Below are positions 53,500-62,955 of a stretch of DNA of 64,000 nucleotides, one piece after another (position 1 is the stretch's first letter; each line of letters opens with the position of its first letter). The translations under genes were made by a program, and so were the position numbers. The notes beneath the pieces were generated by a model that was not told the origin of the DNA, made no database searches, and was given only the letters and a program-made list of their open reading frames with translations. Source of the DNA: an uncultured Clostridia bacterium (lineage in GTDB: Bacteria > Bacillota > Clostridia > TANB77 > CAG-508); NCBI GenBank assembly GCA_944391745.1, contig CALXUS010000003.1, forward strand, positions 27,732 to 91,731. Direction: 5' to 3'.

Positions 53500-55296
53500 T
53501 TGTTTAAAGTGAGATATAGTGATGAATTATTAGAAGAAATTAGAAGTCGAAATGATATAGTTGATGTTGTATCACAATATGTTATTTTAAAAAGAAGCGG
53601 TAGAAATTATTTTGGTTTATGTCCATTTCATAATGAAAAGTCACCATCTTTTTCTGTTTCACCTGATAAGCAAATTTTTCATTGTTTTGGTTGTGGTGTA
53701 GGTGGTAATGTTTTTCACTTTATAATGAAAATTGAAAATATTAGTTTTATAGAAAGTGTACAAATGCTAGCTGAAAGGGCAGGCATAAATTTACCATCAT
53801 CTTCAAACTATGAGGATGAAAAAATTGCTAAGCTTAAAGCTAAGGTTTATGATGTTAATAAATTTACTGCAGAGTTTTATCATAAGAATTTATACAAGCC
53901 TGAGTCAAAATTAGGACAGGAATACATAAAAAAAAGAAAATTAGATAATAATACCTTAAAATCATTTATGATTGGTTATTCAGGGCAATTTGACGAATTG
54001 TATAAAGCACTTAGAAAAGAAGGTTTTGAAGATGAAGAAATTTTAGCTTCGGGCTTAGTTAACAAGAGTAAAAATGGAATGTACATTGACAGGTATAGAA
54101 ATAGAGTAATTTTTCCAATACAAGATGTAAGAAATAGAGTAATTGCATTTGGTGGAAGAGTTTTGGATGATAGTAAGCCTAAGTACATAAATTCACCAGA
54201 AAATATCGTTTATAGTAAAGGACGAAATTTATTTGGATTAAATGTGGCAAGAAAAAATAATCCAGGAATAATGAAAAGATTACTTATTGTTGAAGGATAT
54301 ATGGATGCGATATCATTATTTCAAAGAGGCATAACAAATGTAGTTGCATCTTTAGGAACAGCACTTACTGATGCACAAGGAAGATTACTTAGAAAATCAA
54401 CAGAGCAGGTAATTTTAGGATATGATGCAGATGGAGCAGGGCAAGAAGCTATTGTAAGAGGAATGGGAATATTACAAAGTTTAGGTTGTGATATAAGAGT
54501 TTTACAAATAAGTGGAGCCAAAGATCCAGATGAATATGTTATAAAATATGGACCTGATAGATTTAGAAAGTGTATGGATGATGCTATTTCTGTTGTTGAA
54601 TATAAAGTTAAAAATTTAAAAAAAGAGCTTAATCTAGATAATGTAAGTGATAAAATTAAATTTTTGAATGCGATAGCGAAGATTCTTTCTGAAGTAAATA
54701 ACAGTATGGAAAGAGAAGTATATGTCGATAAAATTGCAAATACTTATAATATATCTAAAGAAGCTATTTATGCAGAAGTTAATAAAAGATTATATTCTAA
54801 CAAGGCAGCTAATCCGAAAGCTCTTGAGGCTAAACCAAATATAGTTAGACCAAAACAAGAAGAAAAAATTGATGAGCAGTCAGCTAGAAGAGAACAGATG
54901 GTAATATATTTATTAATCAACTATCCAAAAGAAAGCTTAGAAAGAATAAAAAAAATAGTAAGCATAGAAAACATTAAATCAGAGAAAAATAAAAATATAA
55001 TAAAGGTTTTATATGAAAAACTATCACCAGATGAAACAGTAGAAAATGTGTTAAACTGGTTTGAAGATGATGAAACAATTAATTATATTAGTGGAATACT
55101 TGCTTATGATTTTGAAATTACAGATGTTGAAAAAGGAATAGAAGATATTGAAAAACTATATCAGAAACATAATTTAATTAATAAACGTAATGAAATAATT
55201 AATAAATTAAATGACAAAAATATATCTAAAGACGAATCAATCGCTTTAGGCAAAGAATTAAATGAAATCATAATTAGCTTAGCTAAAATTAAGTAA
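53500..55296 (+). CDS. dnaG: DNA primase
   Basis: Zinc ribbon CPFHNEKSPSFSVSPDKQ.FHCFGCG..GN.F.F; TOPRIM VEGYMD..S....G; DAD.AG. The start is TTG 53500 or GTG 53509. Confidence 0.93.
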   Translation: MFKVRYSDELLEEIRSRNDIVDVVSQYVILKRSGRNYFGLCPFHNEKSPSFSVSPDKQIFHCFGCGVGGNVFHFIMKIENISFIESVQMLAERAGINLPSSSNYEDEKIAKLKAKVYDVNKFTAEFYHKNLYKPESKLGQEYIKKRKLDNNTLKSFMIGYSGQFDELYKALRKEGFEDEEILASGLVNKSKNGMYIDRYRNRVIFPIQDVRNRVIAFGGRVLDDSKPKYINSPENIVYSKGRNLFGLNVARKNNPGIMKRLLIVEGYMDAISLFQRGITNVVASLGTALTDAQGRLLRKSTEQVILGYDADGAGQEAIVRGMGILQSLGCDIRVLQISGAKDPDEYVIKYGPDRFRKCMDDAISVVEYKVKNLKKELNLDNVSDKIKFLNAIAKILSEVNNSMEREVYVDKIANTYNISKEAIYAEVNKRLYSNKAANPKALEAKPNIVRPKQEEKIDEQSARREQMVIYLLINYPKESLERIKKIVSIENIKSEKNKNIIKVLYEKLSPDETVENVLNWFEDDETINYISGILAYDFEITDVEKGIEDIEKLYQKHNLINKRNEIINKLNDKNISKDESIALGKELNEIIISLAKIK

Positions 55297-55305
55297 GGGG
55301 GAATT

Positions 55306-56538
55306 ATGAATAAATCAGAAAATAAAAAAGAAGAAAATAAAACAGATTTAAAAGCAGCAATTAATTCAATAGATAATGCTAGAATGGCTCATAAAGTTCA
55401 ACAAAAAGAAGAAAAAAAGGAAAATAAAAAAGAAGAAAGCACAACTAATTCTAAAGAAGGAAAATCTCGTGAAGATATCGAAAAAATTATTTCAGAAGTT
55501 AAATCAAAAGGGAAAATTACTTATGGTGAGCTTGCTTCAAAATTAGGTGATGCAAGTGCTGACCAAATCGATGAAGTTTTTAATGCTTTTGAAAATAATG
55601 GAATAGATGTATTAAAAGATGATATAGATGATATTGAACCAGATGCAGAAGATTTAGAAGATGTAGAAGATATATCTATAGAAGATTTAGATGTAGATAA
55701 TCTTGATGGCGTAAGTATAGATGACCCTGTTAGAATGTATCTACGTGAAATTGGTAAAATACCACTTTTAACTTATGATCAAGAATTGGAATTGGCTAAA
55801 AAAGTACTAGAGGGAGATGAAGCTGCTAAGCAAAAATTGGCAGAATCAAACTTAAGATTGGTAGTTAGTATAGCTAAAAAATATGTTGGTAGAGGTATGC
55901 TTTTCTTAGACTTAATTCAAGAAGGTAATATGGGACTAATAAAAGCAGTTGAAAAATTTGACTATACAAAAGGTTATAAGTTCAGTACTTATGCAACATG
56001 GTGGATTAGACAAGCTATTACAAGAGCAATAGCAGATCAAGCGAGAACAATAAGAATACCAGTTCACATGGTTGAAACTATTAATAGATTAATTAGAACT
56101 TCAAGACAATTATTACAACAAAATGGTAGAGAGCCTACACCAGAAGAAATTGCTAAAGAAATGGATATATCTGTAGAAAGAGTACTTGAAATTCAAAAAA
56201 TAGCTCAAGATCCAGTTTCTCTTGAAACACCTATAGGTGAAGAAGATGATAGCCATTTAGGTGATTTTATACAAGATGAAGATTCTCCTTCTCCACAAGA
56301 AGCAGCATCATATACAATGCTTAGAGAACAATTAGATGAAGTAATGGCAACACTTACTCCAAGAGAAGCAAAAGTATTAAGATTAAGATTTGGATTAGAT
56401 GATGGAAAAGCTAGAACACTTGAAGAAGTAGGTAGAGAATTCCAAGTTACTAGAGAAAGAATAAGACAAATTGAAGCAAAAGCTTTAAGAAAATTGAGAC
56501 ATCCAAGTAGAAGTAAAAAACTTAAAGAATATATGTAA
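55306..56538 (+). CDS. sigA: primary sigma factor SigA/RpoD
   Basis: Region 2 reads [51 protein letters not shown]. Region 4.2 reads [27 protein letters not shown]. Confidence 0.96.
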   Translation: MNKSENKKEENKTDLKAAINSIDNARMAHKVQQKEEKKENKKEESTTNSKEGKSREDIEKIISEVKSKGKITYGELASKLGDASADQIDEVFNAFENNGIDVLKDDIDDIEPDAEDLEDVEDISIEDLDVDNLDGVSIDDPVRMYLREIGKIPLLTYDQELELAKKVLEGDEAAKQKLAESNLRLVVSIAKKYVGRGMLFLDLIQEGNMGLIKAVEKFDYTKGYKFSTYATWWIRQAITRAIADQARTIRIPVHMVETINRLIRTSRQLLQQNGREPTPEEIAKEMDISVERVLEIQKIAQDPVSLETPIGEEDDSHLGDFIQDEDSPSPQEAASYTMLREQLDEVMATLTPREAKVLRLRFGLDDGKARTLEEVGREFQVTRERIRQIEAKALRKLRHPSRSKKLKEYM

Positions 56539-56577
56539 AATTTTCGATTGGGGATATTCCTCAATCGAAAATTTTTT
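56537..56577. terminator. bidirectional terminator between sigA and ORF 56589c
   Basis: AAAATTTTCGATTG..CAATCGAAAATTTT, flanked by A- and T-runs. Confidence 0.7.
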
Positions 56578-56588
56578 ATGTTTTTTTA

Positions 56589-56963
56589 TTAAGGTTTAGG
56601 TAATTTTGATAAATCATCATTTATAGGGATAACTTTCCAACCTTCTAGTTCATCTTTATAAGGCGAATAAATATCTTTTAATAAATAAATGGGCTTTTTA
56701 TTATAAAAAGCAATTGATATATCTGCAAAAGTATTTGGACCAATATAATTTTCAATACCATTTTTGGTATAATTGCAAACTAAGACAATATCTGTATCTT
56801 TTTTACATATTTCATTAAAATGTGTAATTGAAGCAAGACTTTTTTCCATATCTACAAAAAACTCTTTTGGAATTACTACATTGTAACCATTATTTTTAAG
56901 TATTTTAGCTATTTCAAAGATTTGTTCCTTTACTTTTGCACTTCCACTTAAAACTATTTTCAT
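56589..56963 (-). CDS. hypothetical protein, nucleoside 2-deoxyribosyltransferase-like fold suspected
   Basis: MKIVLSGS... then D.VLV.N......YIG.NT..(D)I..A....KPIY.L resembles that Rossmann-like family. The call is weak and rests on motifs only. Confidence 0.35.
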   Translation of the reverse strand: MKIVLSGSAKVKEQIFEIAKILKNNGYNVVIPKEFFVDMEKSLASITHFNEICKKDTDIVLVCNYTKNGIENYIGPNTFADISIAFYNKKPIYLLKDIYSPYKDELEGWKVIPINDDLSKLPKP

Positions 56964-57112
56964 TTGTAATATCTCCTATGTTTTATAAATTATATAATAG
57001 TATTATAATAGTATAAAATTAATTATTCAAGATAAAAATTGATTATTGATAATTTCCCAAAAGTATGGTATAGTAACTCAAAATTGTAATAAAGATACTA
57101 GGGGAGATAAAA

Positions 57113-58639
57113 ATGAAGAAATTTTTTACGGTAATAGGAATTACATTTTTAGGTATAGTTTTGTTATTAAATATTTTTTTAACAGCAAATTTAGATGCTT
57201 CAGAACATATAACTATTAATTTTAATAGTTTTTTTTATATTTTAGGATTGGCTATTGTAAGTTTAATAATATATTTTTTAACAAGTAAATTAAATAAATT
57301 TTTATACAAAGACGAAAAAAGAAAAAAATTAAGAATAAGTTTATTTATTATTGTATTAGGCATATATATTTTAGCAAGTATATTATGGTTTATATTCGTT
57401 AAACCTCCAATTGTAGGTGATCAAATTCATGTCGTCTCTATGGGACAACTTTTTGAAAGAGGGTATGACGAAGAAATATTAAATAGTATGACTTACGCTG
57501 GAATTCCTTTAGATGAATATATACAGGCTTATAATCAACAAGTTCCTCAAGCTTTTTTATATAGCTTATTTTTTAGAATTATTAATAATGATGGATATTC
57601 AACTCCAAGAATAATTAATATTATATCTATTTTAATTATAGTTTTAGCTATATATAAAATAGGAAATATGATTTCAAAAGAGCATAAAATAAATAAAGTA
57701 TTATTATTAACTTTATTATTAACTTTTATTTCATTGCCAATGCTTTTGACATTTGTTTATGGAGATATACCTAGTTTAGCTTGTTCCTTAATTTCTGTAT
57801 ATAGTTTTATGAAATTTACAGATACTAAAAAGCTTAGATATGCTTTAATTGGAACTATAGCCTCGATGATTGCATATATGTTTAGAATGAATAGCTTAAT
57901 ATTTGTTATAGCAACTATCATTTATTTATTATTTAATTTATTTACTAAAATAAAAAGTAAAACTTTAAAAGAAAATATAATAAATTTTTTAGTAATAATT
58001 ATATATATATTAGTGTCTATACTTCCAGCTCAAATAGTAGATAATTATTATATTAATAAATATGGTTTAGATAAAAGTAAAGAATATCCAAGTATTAGTT
58101 ATATTTATATGGGAATGAGTGAAAGCTGGAGAGGTAATGGCTGGTACAATGAAGATATAGGTGAACCTGCTTTAAAGAATCCTATAGAAATAAAAGAAAT
58201 TTATAAAAATAATATTATTGAAAGATTGTTATATTTTTCTAAAAATATAGGATATACATTTAGATTTTATACAATGAAATTGGCTTCAATGTGGGCAGAA
58301 AATACATATTCGGCAATAAGACTTAACTTATTAAATGAAAGTGAAGATGATTATTTAAATAAAATAAAAGCACCACTTACATTTTATCAAAAGGCTTTAC
58401 TTATTCTTTCTTGTATATGTGCAATTATTGTTTTAATACAGAATAGAAAAAATATTTCAACTAATGTAATATATTTATTATTGATTTTTATGGGAGGATT
58501 TGCATTTCATATTATTTGGGAAGCTAAATCACGTTATATAATTCCTTACATAATAGTATTAATTCCTATTGCTAGTATACAAATAAATAAAATTATTGAA
58601 AAAAAGAAAAGAATAGAAGGCGTGAAGAAAGAGGTATAG
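57113..58639 (+). CDS. polytopic membrane protein, GT-C/GT39-like glycosyltransferase suspected
   Basis: At least 10 hydrophobic segments. The first large loop after TM2-3 carries a D/E-rich stretch (GDQIHV..., YDEE). Size and topology fit ArnT/PMT-like enzymes. Confidence 0.4.
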   Translation: MKKFFTVIGITFLGIVLLLNIFLTANLDASEHITINFNSFFYILGLAIVSLIIYFLTSKLNKFLYKDEKRKKLRISLFIIVLGIYILASILWFIFVKPPIVGDQIHVVSMGQLFERGYDEEILNSMTYAGIPLDEYIQAYNQQVPQAFLYSLFFRIINNDGYSTPRIINIISILIIVLAIYKIGNMISKEHKINKVLLLTLLLTFISLPMLLTFVYGDIPSLACSLISVYSFMKFTDTKKLRYALIGTIASMIAYMFRMNSLIFVIATIIYLLFNLFTKIKSKTLKENIINFLVIIIYILVSILPAQIVDNYYINKYGLDKSKEYPSISYIYMGMSESWRGNGWYNEDIGEPALKNPIEIKEIYKNNIIERLLYFSKNIGYTFRFYTMKLASMWAENTYSAIRLNLLNESEDDYLNKIKAPLTFYQKALLILSCICAIIVLIQNRKNISTNVIYLLLIFMGGFAFHIIWEAKSRYIIPYIIVLIPIASIQINKIIEKKKRIEGVKKEV

Positions 58640-58657
58640 AATAAATTACCAAAACAC

Positions 58658-58686
58658 TTGCAATTATGTATATTTTATGATAAAAT
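58658..58686 (+). promoter_or_regulatory. promoter TTGCAA-17-TAAAAT (TGn-extended) of the rpsF-ssb-rpsR operon
   Basis: TTGCAA 58658-58663, TGA then TAAAAT 58681-58686. Confidence 0.5.
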
Positions 58687-58772
58687 AGTACTGCTTGAAA
58701 AGAGAAATTATCACTTTTCAAATCCTTGCTTGCATTTTATAGCAGGCTATTATCCATAAGGAGGTGAATGTA

Positions 58773-59057
58773 ATGAACAAATACGAAAGTGTAATCATTA
58801 TTAATCCATCTGCAGATGAAGATAAGGTAAAAAGCCTTATTGATAGATTTTCAGATTTGATTAATAAACAAGGTAAAGTTGAAAAAGTAGATACTTTAGG
58901 AAAAAGAAAACTAGCTTATGAAGTAAAGAAAAACAAAGAAGGAATTTATGTTGTATTCTACTTTGAAGCAGAGCCAACTTTAATAGCTGAATTAGAAAGA
59001 AATTACAGAATTACTGATGAAGTTATTAAATTTATAGTAGTAAAAAATGAAGAATAA
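58773..59057 (+). CDS. rpsF: 30S ribosomal protein S6
   Basis: MNKYE.V.I..P.......................G.......G.R.LAY...K...G.Y. ATG 58773 after AAGGAGG. Confidence 0.92.
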   Translation: MNKYESVIIINPSADEDKVKSLIDRFSDLINKQGKVEKVDTLGKRKLAYEVKKNKEGIYVVFYFEAEPTLIAELERNYRITDEVIKFIVVKNEE

Positions 59058-59105
59058 TCAAAAGACAACCACAAATGTAGTGGGGGAGCCGAAAGGTAGG
59101 TTAAA

Positions 59106-59537
59106 ATGAATAAAGTTATATTAATGGGTAGACTTACAAGAGACCCAGAAGTTAGATATACACAAACAAGTAATACACTAGTTGCATCATTTTCACTAGC
59201 AGTAAATAGAAGATTTACTAGAGAAGGAGATACTCAAACTGCAGATTTTATTAATATTGTAGCTTGGGGAAAAACTGGTGAATTTTGTAGTAAGTATTTC
59301 AAAAAAGGTCAACAAGTTGCTGTTGTAGGAAGATTACAAACAAGAACTTGGGAAGATCAACAAGGACAAAAAAGGTATGTAACAGAGGTTATAGCTGAGG
59401 AAACTTATTTTGCTGATAGTAAAAGAGATTCTCAAGGAACTGGAAGTTTTGATAATACCTTTGGAGGAGATAGTCAACAATCAAGTGGTGATACATCTGA
59501 TTTTGAAGTATCATCAGGAGATGACTTACCATTTTAA
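59106..59537 (+). CDS. ssb: single-stranded DNA-binding protein
   Basis: MNKVIL.GRLTRDPE.RYT......A.F.LAVNR......T.ADFI..V.WGK..E and an acidic C-terminal tail ending DDLPF. Confidence 0.95.
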   Translation: MNKVILMGRLTRDPEVRYTQTSNTLVASFSLAVNRRFTREGDTQTADFINIVAWGKTGEFCSKYFKKGQQVAVVGRLQTRTWEDQQGQKRYVTEVIAEETYFADSKRDSQGTGSFDNTFGGDSQQSSGDTSDFEVSSGDDLPF

Positions 59538-59588
59538 TTGACATAAAATAAGTGATATAAAATTTAGAAGAAAGGGGGCATAAATATA

Positions 59589-59867
59589 ATGGCAGACAAG
59601 AAAAATAATAGAAATAGAAGAAATAACAAAGATTATGATGATGATTACAAAGTAAGAAAAATTAGAAAAAAGGCTTGTCCACTTTGCAGTGACAAAAATC
59701 TTGTTCTTGATTATAAAAACCCAGAACAATTAAAGAAATTTGTTAATGAAAGAGGAAAGATTCTTCCAAGAAGAACAACAGGTGCATGTGCAAAGCATCA
59801 AAGAGATATAACTACAGCAGTTAATAGATGCAGACATATTGCTATGTTACCATATAGCCAAAACTAA
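59589..59867 (+). CDS. rpsR: 30S ribosomal protein S18
   Basis: ..C.......DYK....[19 protein letters not shown]....A..R.R..A.LPY. Confidence 0.92.
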   Translation: MADKKNNRNRRNNKDYDDDYKVRKIRKKACPLCSDKNLVLDYKNPEQLKKFVNERGKILPRRTTGACAKHQRDITTAVNRCRHIAMLPYSQN

Positions 59868-59881
59868 TATAAAAAAGCAAT

Positions 59882-59920
59882 AAAGTTAGAACTATTTATA
59901 TCTCAGTTCTAACTTTATTT
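59882..59920 (+). terminator. terminator after rpsR
   Basis: AAAGTTAGAACT (59882-59893) pairs with AGTTCTAACTTT (59905-59916). Confidence 0.7.
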
Positions 59921-59959
59921 CGTAAATAAGGTTAAAAATAAGTAAAAGGAAATAAAAAA

Positions 59960-60850
59960 GTGAAAAAAAGAAATATAATTATTGCTATAGTTATTTTTAT
60001 TATATTAATTATAATGATAGTAATTGGTAATTTAAATAGAAAAGATAATAAAGAGAGTGACAAATTGAAAATTGTTACGTCATTTTATCCAATTTATATT
60101 ATGACAATTAATTTAACAAATGGCATAGAAAATGTTGAAGTAAGCAATATGGCAGAAAACTATGTTGGATGTATTCATGATTATACATTAACTACTACCG
60201 ATTTAAAAAAGTTTGAGAATGCAGATATTTTTATAGAAAATGGTTATGGAATGGAGCAATTTTCTCAAAAGATAATAGATTCATATCCTAATGTAAAAAT
60301 GATTGATTCTAGTACAAAAATAACTGATTTTGTGCAAGAAGGTGATGAAGTAAATCCTCATTTTTGGACAAGTATAGATAATTATATATTACAAGTTGAA
60401 AAAATTTCTGAAGGACTTCAAGAATTAGATCCCTTAAATAGTGAAAATTATAAGAAAAATGAAAGTATTTATGAGGAAAAATTAAAAGAATTAAAAGATA
60501 AATATAATGAGATTAATTTTTCAGGGAAATCTGTTGTATCATTAAATGAATCATTTTCATATTTATTTAAGTTTATAGGAGTTAATGAAACATTGATTGA
60601 AACTGATCATGAACAAAGTGCTTTATCAGCGGAAACTGTTAAAGAGGTAATTGAAGAGGTTAAAAATACAGGAATAAAGGCTATTGTAATAGCTGAAAAT
60701 GATGATAATCAAAATGCAAATTTAATTGCAGAAGAAACAGGAGCGAAAGTTTATAAATTAAATGATGCAATGAACGGAGATAATTCTATAGATTCTTATA
60801 TTAATATTATGAATGAAAATTTAGAAATTTTAAAAACTATGTTTAATTAA
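59960..60850 (+). CDS. metal (Zn/Mn-type) ABC transporter substrate-binding lipoprotein-like protein (ZnuA/TroA family)
   Basis: KIVTSFYPIY, H(D)Y..T..D......AD.F..NG, NPHFW. GTG start. Confidence 0.8.
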   Translation: MKKRNIIIAIVIFIILIIMIVIGNLNRKDNKESDKLKIVTSFYPIYIMTINLTNGIENVEVSNMAENYVGCIHDYTLTTTDLKKFENADIFIENGYGMEQFSQKIIDSYPNVKMIDSSTKITDFVQEGDEVNPHFWTSIDNYILQVEKISEGLQELDPLNSENYKKNESIYEEKLKELKDKYNEINFSGKSVVSLNESFSYLFKFIGVNETLIETDHEQSALSAETVKEVIEEVKNTGIKAIVIAENDDNQNANLIAEETGAKVYKLNDAMNGDNSIDSYINIMNENLEILKTMFN

Positions 60851-60886
60851 GAATTTTTGAATTTATAGGGAAGGATGAAGTTTTAA

Positions 60887-61612
60887 ATGGAAAGTTGTGG
60901 TTTTCATTGTACAAAAATAGAAAATTTATCAGTGAAAATAGGAAAAGAATTTATTATAAAAGATATTAATATAGAAATTCATTGTGGTGAACTTTTGATG
61001 ATTATTGGCAGAAATGGGGCAGGAAAGTCTACTCTATTAAAATCTATATTAGGTGAAATTAATCATACTGGTAAAGTTGAATTTTTCGATATGAAAGAAA
61101 ATAAAAAGAAAAAAATAAAAATTGGTTATGTTCCTCAACATTTAAATATTGAAAGAGATATGCCTACAACAGTATATGATATGTTTGCCTCTTATGTATC
61201 TAATAAACCAGTGTGGCTTATGAAGGACAAAAAACTTTATAGAAAAATTAGAGAAAGTTTGAGAATGTTTGGGGCTGAAAAGTTGATAGATAAAAGAGTA
61301 GGAAACTTATCAGGAGGAGAGCTTCAAAGGGTATTACTTGCAATTGCTACTTCTCCGGTACCAAATTTATTAATTTTAGATGAGCCAGTATCTGGAGTTG
61401 ATAGAAATGGAACTAAAGATTTTTATGAAATTTTATCTAATTTAAAAAAACAGTATGATATGTCTATAATATTAGTTTCACATGATTTAGATTTAGTAAA
61501 AAAATATGCTGATAGAGTAATTTTACTAGATAAAGAAGTTGTTAAAGAAGGAACTGCACAAGAAGTATATAATAGTGAAGAATTTAAAAATCGATTTGGA
61601 GAAATCGCATAA
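60887..61612 (+). CDS. metal ABC transporter ATP-binding protein
   Basis: Walker A GRNGAGKST, signature LSGGELQR, Walker B LLILDEP, H-loop SHD. Confidence 0.88.
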   Translation: MESCGFHCTKIENLSVKIGKEFIIKDINIEIHCGELLMIIGRNGAGKSTLLKSILGEINHTGKVEFFDMKENKKKKIKIGYVPQHLNIERDMPTTVYDMFASYVSNKPVWLMKDKKLYRKIRESLRMFGAEKLIDKRVGNLSGGELQRVLLAIATSPVPNLLILDEPVSGVDRNGTKDFYEILSNLKKQYDMSIILVSHDLDLVKKYADRVILLDKEVVKEGTAQEVYNSEEFKNRFGEIA

Positions 61613-61647
61613 TAAACTAATATAATGGGGAAGGATTTAATTAGGTA

Positions 61648-62496
61648 ATGGAAGTAGTATACAATTTGTTAGAAATAATTTTACCTTTTGATTTTATGCA
61701 ATATACGTTTATGAAAAATGCTTTTTTAGCAATACTATTAGTTTCGCCGATATTTGCAATAATAGGAACAATGATTGTAAATAAAAAAATGGCATTCTTT
61801 TCTGATGCATTAGGACATTCTGCACTTACAGGCATAGCAATAGGTATGCTATTAGGTATGACAAATATAAATATTTCAATGATAATATTTGCTATAATAT
61901 TTGCAATTTTATTGAATTTAATAAAGAGTAAAACTACTTATGGAGCAGATACTATTATTAGTGTTTTCTCATCTATAGCTATTGCCATAGGACTAGCCAT
62001 ACTTGCACAAAGTGGAAGTTTTAACAAATATTCGAGTTATCTTGTAGGAGATATTTTAAGTATTTCTGAATCTGAGATATTATATTTGTTTGTTGCTTTT
62101 GTATTAACTCTTATTTTTTGGTATTATTTGTTTAATAAAATAAATGCTGTAAGTTTAAATAGTACTTTAGCTAAAAGTAAAGGTATTAATGTAAAGGCAA
62201 TGGAAAATATTTTTGCTATTTTAATTGCAATTATGGTTATGATTTCTATAAGATGGGTTGGAATTTTGCTAATTAACTCTTTAATAATTTTACCAGCTGC
62301 ATCAAGTAGAAATATTTCAATGAATATGAGAAGTTATCATTTATTTTCAATAATATTTGCTCTATTTTCTGGATTAGCAGGTTTGATTATTTCATATTAT
62401 ACAAATATTCCTACTGGTCCAATGATTGTAATTATTTCTGGAATAATTTATTTTATAACTTTTGGAATAAAGAAAATAGGAATATTAGATAAATAG
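61648..62496 (+). CDS. metal ABC transporter permease (ABC-3 family)
   Basis: About 8-9 TM segments; F..DALGHSAL.G.A.G motif typical of ZnuB/MntB-type permeases. Confidence 0.85.
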   Translation: MEVVYNLLEIILPFDFMQYTFMKNAFLAILLVSPIFAIIGTMIVNKKMAFFSDALGHSALTGIAIGMLLGMTNINISMIIFAIIFAILLNLIKSKTTYGADTIISVFSSIAIAIGLAILAQSGSFNKYSSYLVGDILSISESEILYLFVAFVLTLIFWYYLFNKINAVSLNSTLAKSKGINVKAMENIFAILIAIMVMISIRWVGILLINSLIILPAASSRNISMNMRSYHLFSIIFALFSGLAGLIISYYTNIPTGPMIVIISGIIYFITFGIKKIGILDK

Positions 62497-62504
62497 TATC
62501 ATAC

Positions 62505-62533
62505 TTGACAAAAAATGGAATCAGTGATATAAT
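62505..62533 (+). promoter_or_regulatory. consensus sigma-A promoter TTGACA-17-TATAAT for small ORF 62567
   Basis: TTGACA 62505-62510, TATAAT 62528-62533. Confidence 0.55.
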
Positions 62534-62566
62534 CTAATAACAACATAATGTGAGGAGTGAAACCCA

Positions 62567-62746
62567 ATGGAAAAAAAGTTGAATGAGTTATTGAATAATT
62601 ATTTAGTAACTCTTGACAATGAAACTTTGGAGATGCTATGTGCATCACCAGAGATGGCAGATACACCTGCTGATGCACGCGTCTGCATTGATTTCTTGGA
62701 TGAGATCTTTGGCGAAGAAGAAGCAAACAATGGGATGGATGTCTGA
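62567..62746 (+). CDS. small acidic hypothetical protein (orphan cassette F, 59 aa)
   Basis: ATG preceded by GAGGAG. Translation: MEKKLNELLNNYLVTLDNETLEMLCASPEMADTPADARVCIDFLDEIFGEEEANNGMDV. Hand count is 70/180 G+C (~39 %). A terminator overlaps the stop. It is below the track cut-off; the track's antisense ORF 62499-62726 has no SD. Confidence 0.5.
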   Translation: MEKKLNELLNNYLVTLDNETLEMLCASPEMADTPADARVCIDFLDEIFGEEEANNGMDV

Positions 62747-62768
62747 GGACATCCTCTCATTTTTTTTG
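62735..62768 (+). terminator. rho-independent terminator of ORF 62567
   Basis: GGATGTC-TGAG-GACATCC, followed by TCTCATTTTTTTT. Confidence 0.75.
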
Positions 62769-62955
62769 TGCCTAATAAAAAATTTTCATTAAATAAAAAT
62801 AAAAAAATTGCAGATAATATTTAAGAGAAATTTGTTGATAAAGATAATTTCTTATGATAATATAGATTAGGAAAAATAATTTAAGTAACATAATTATTTA
62901 TTTAATAAAACAAAATAAAATAGAAAATAAATATGTTATAAAAAGGAGGGAATAT

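Noticed and set aside
727-61835. Other short opposite-strand or overlapping ORFs in the track: 727-945c, 2395-2634c, 4530-4856c, 5936-6160c, 8352-8534c, 9318-9677c, 10242-10472c, 11212-11406c, 12490-12870, 13828-14196c, 17370-17681c, 21574-21822c, 23307-23579c, 25794-26036c, 28602-28799c, 29411-29650c, 30157-30465c, 32522-32713c, 33216-33428c, 40216-40488c, 44001-44231c, 44479-44694c, 46201-46416c, 47523-47810, 48651-48848, 51337-51552, 51608-52000c, 52259-52474c, 53042-53284c, 53976-54188c, 54321-54521c, 56205-56564c, 59526-59729c, 61641-61835c, 63732-63956c.
   Set aside because: Each is embedded in a gene with clear family motifs on the other strand or frame. They lack SD sequences and have low-complexity translations.
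62499-62726. The track's minus-strand 75-aa ORF.
   Set aside because: It has no SD and is antisense to a promoter/SD/ORF/terminator cassette on the + strand (62505-62768).
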